A stretch of 63,062 bases of DNA, counting the filler, from Octopus bimaculoides (Eukaryota): assembly GCF_001194135.2 (NCBI RefSeq). It is 7 parts of 7 records of this genome, joined end to end, with 100 filler letters (N's around TTAATTAATTAA, not from the genome) between each part and the next. Parts side by side here need not be neighbours in the genome. Positions count along the whole stretch, not along the records: positions 61,806 to 63,062 come from NC_068989.1; 6 more parts are not named here. One strand, given 5' to 3'. Of this stretch, positions 62,887 to 63,062 are shown piece by piece. Every line of letters starts with the position of its first letter. The first letter of the stretch is position 1. The notes under the pieces were generated by a model, which did not search any database, was not told the origin of the DNA, and was given only the letters and a program-made list of their open reading frames with translations. The translations under genes were made by a program, and so were the position numbers.

Positions 62887-63062
62887 GGAGGCGCAATGGC
62901 CCAGTGGTTAGGGCAGCGGACTCGCGGTCGTAGGATCGCAGTTTCGATTCCCAGACCGGGCGTTGTGAGTGTTTATTGAGCGAAAACACCTAAAGCTCCA
63001 CGTGGCTCCTGCAGGGGATGGTGGTGAACCCTGCTGTACTCTTCCACCACAACTTCCTCTCA
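62887..63062 (+). mobile_element. tRNA-derived SINE 5' part (runs off the window end)
   Basis: A-box TGGCCCAGTGG and B-box GTTTCGATTCC, followed by non-tRNA body with no acceptor-stem closure or T-run terminator. Confidence 0.75.

Noticed and set aside
62887-62968. Possible tRNA gene
   Set aside because: Has A and B boxes but imperfect arms, no acceptor-stem closure and runs into a SINE body
1-63062. CRISPR array, prokaryotic operon or defence system
   Set aside because: No regularly spaced direct repeats with unique spacers and no gene-dense coding; the sequence is eukaryotic repeat-rich DNA

Overview
AT-rich eukaryotic non-coding DNA, most likely from an octopod cephalopod (Octopus). The taxon is inferred from recall of the SINE families and the very high microsatellite load; it was not verified by a search. 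I find no recognisable host protein-coding gene, rRNA, true tRNA gene or CRISPR array, and most ORFs in the track are microsatellite or N-gap read-through. The window is a graveyard of transposons. Retroelements: an R4/Dong-clade LINE between (TAA)n arrays plus a second R4/Dong RT fragment, CR1/L2-type, RTE-type and Tx1/L1-like LINE remnants, three divergent Penelope-like elements (PLEs), and many tRNA-derived SINEs. DNA elements: four maT/mariner remnants, a hAT MITE and two fully palindromic foldback MITEs. The most interesting signal is a set of type I minimal hammerhead ribozyme (HHR) motifs in four distinct contexts. One sits inside a tRNA-headed SINE family (three copies here), two sit downstream of PLEs, and one is an orphan. 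A Naiad-like PLE also has a TGA at a conserved zinc-finger Cys position, and there are several perfect short palindromes. Boundaries marked ~ are approximate, and family names come from motif recognition, not database hits.
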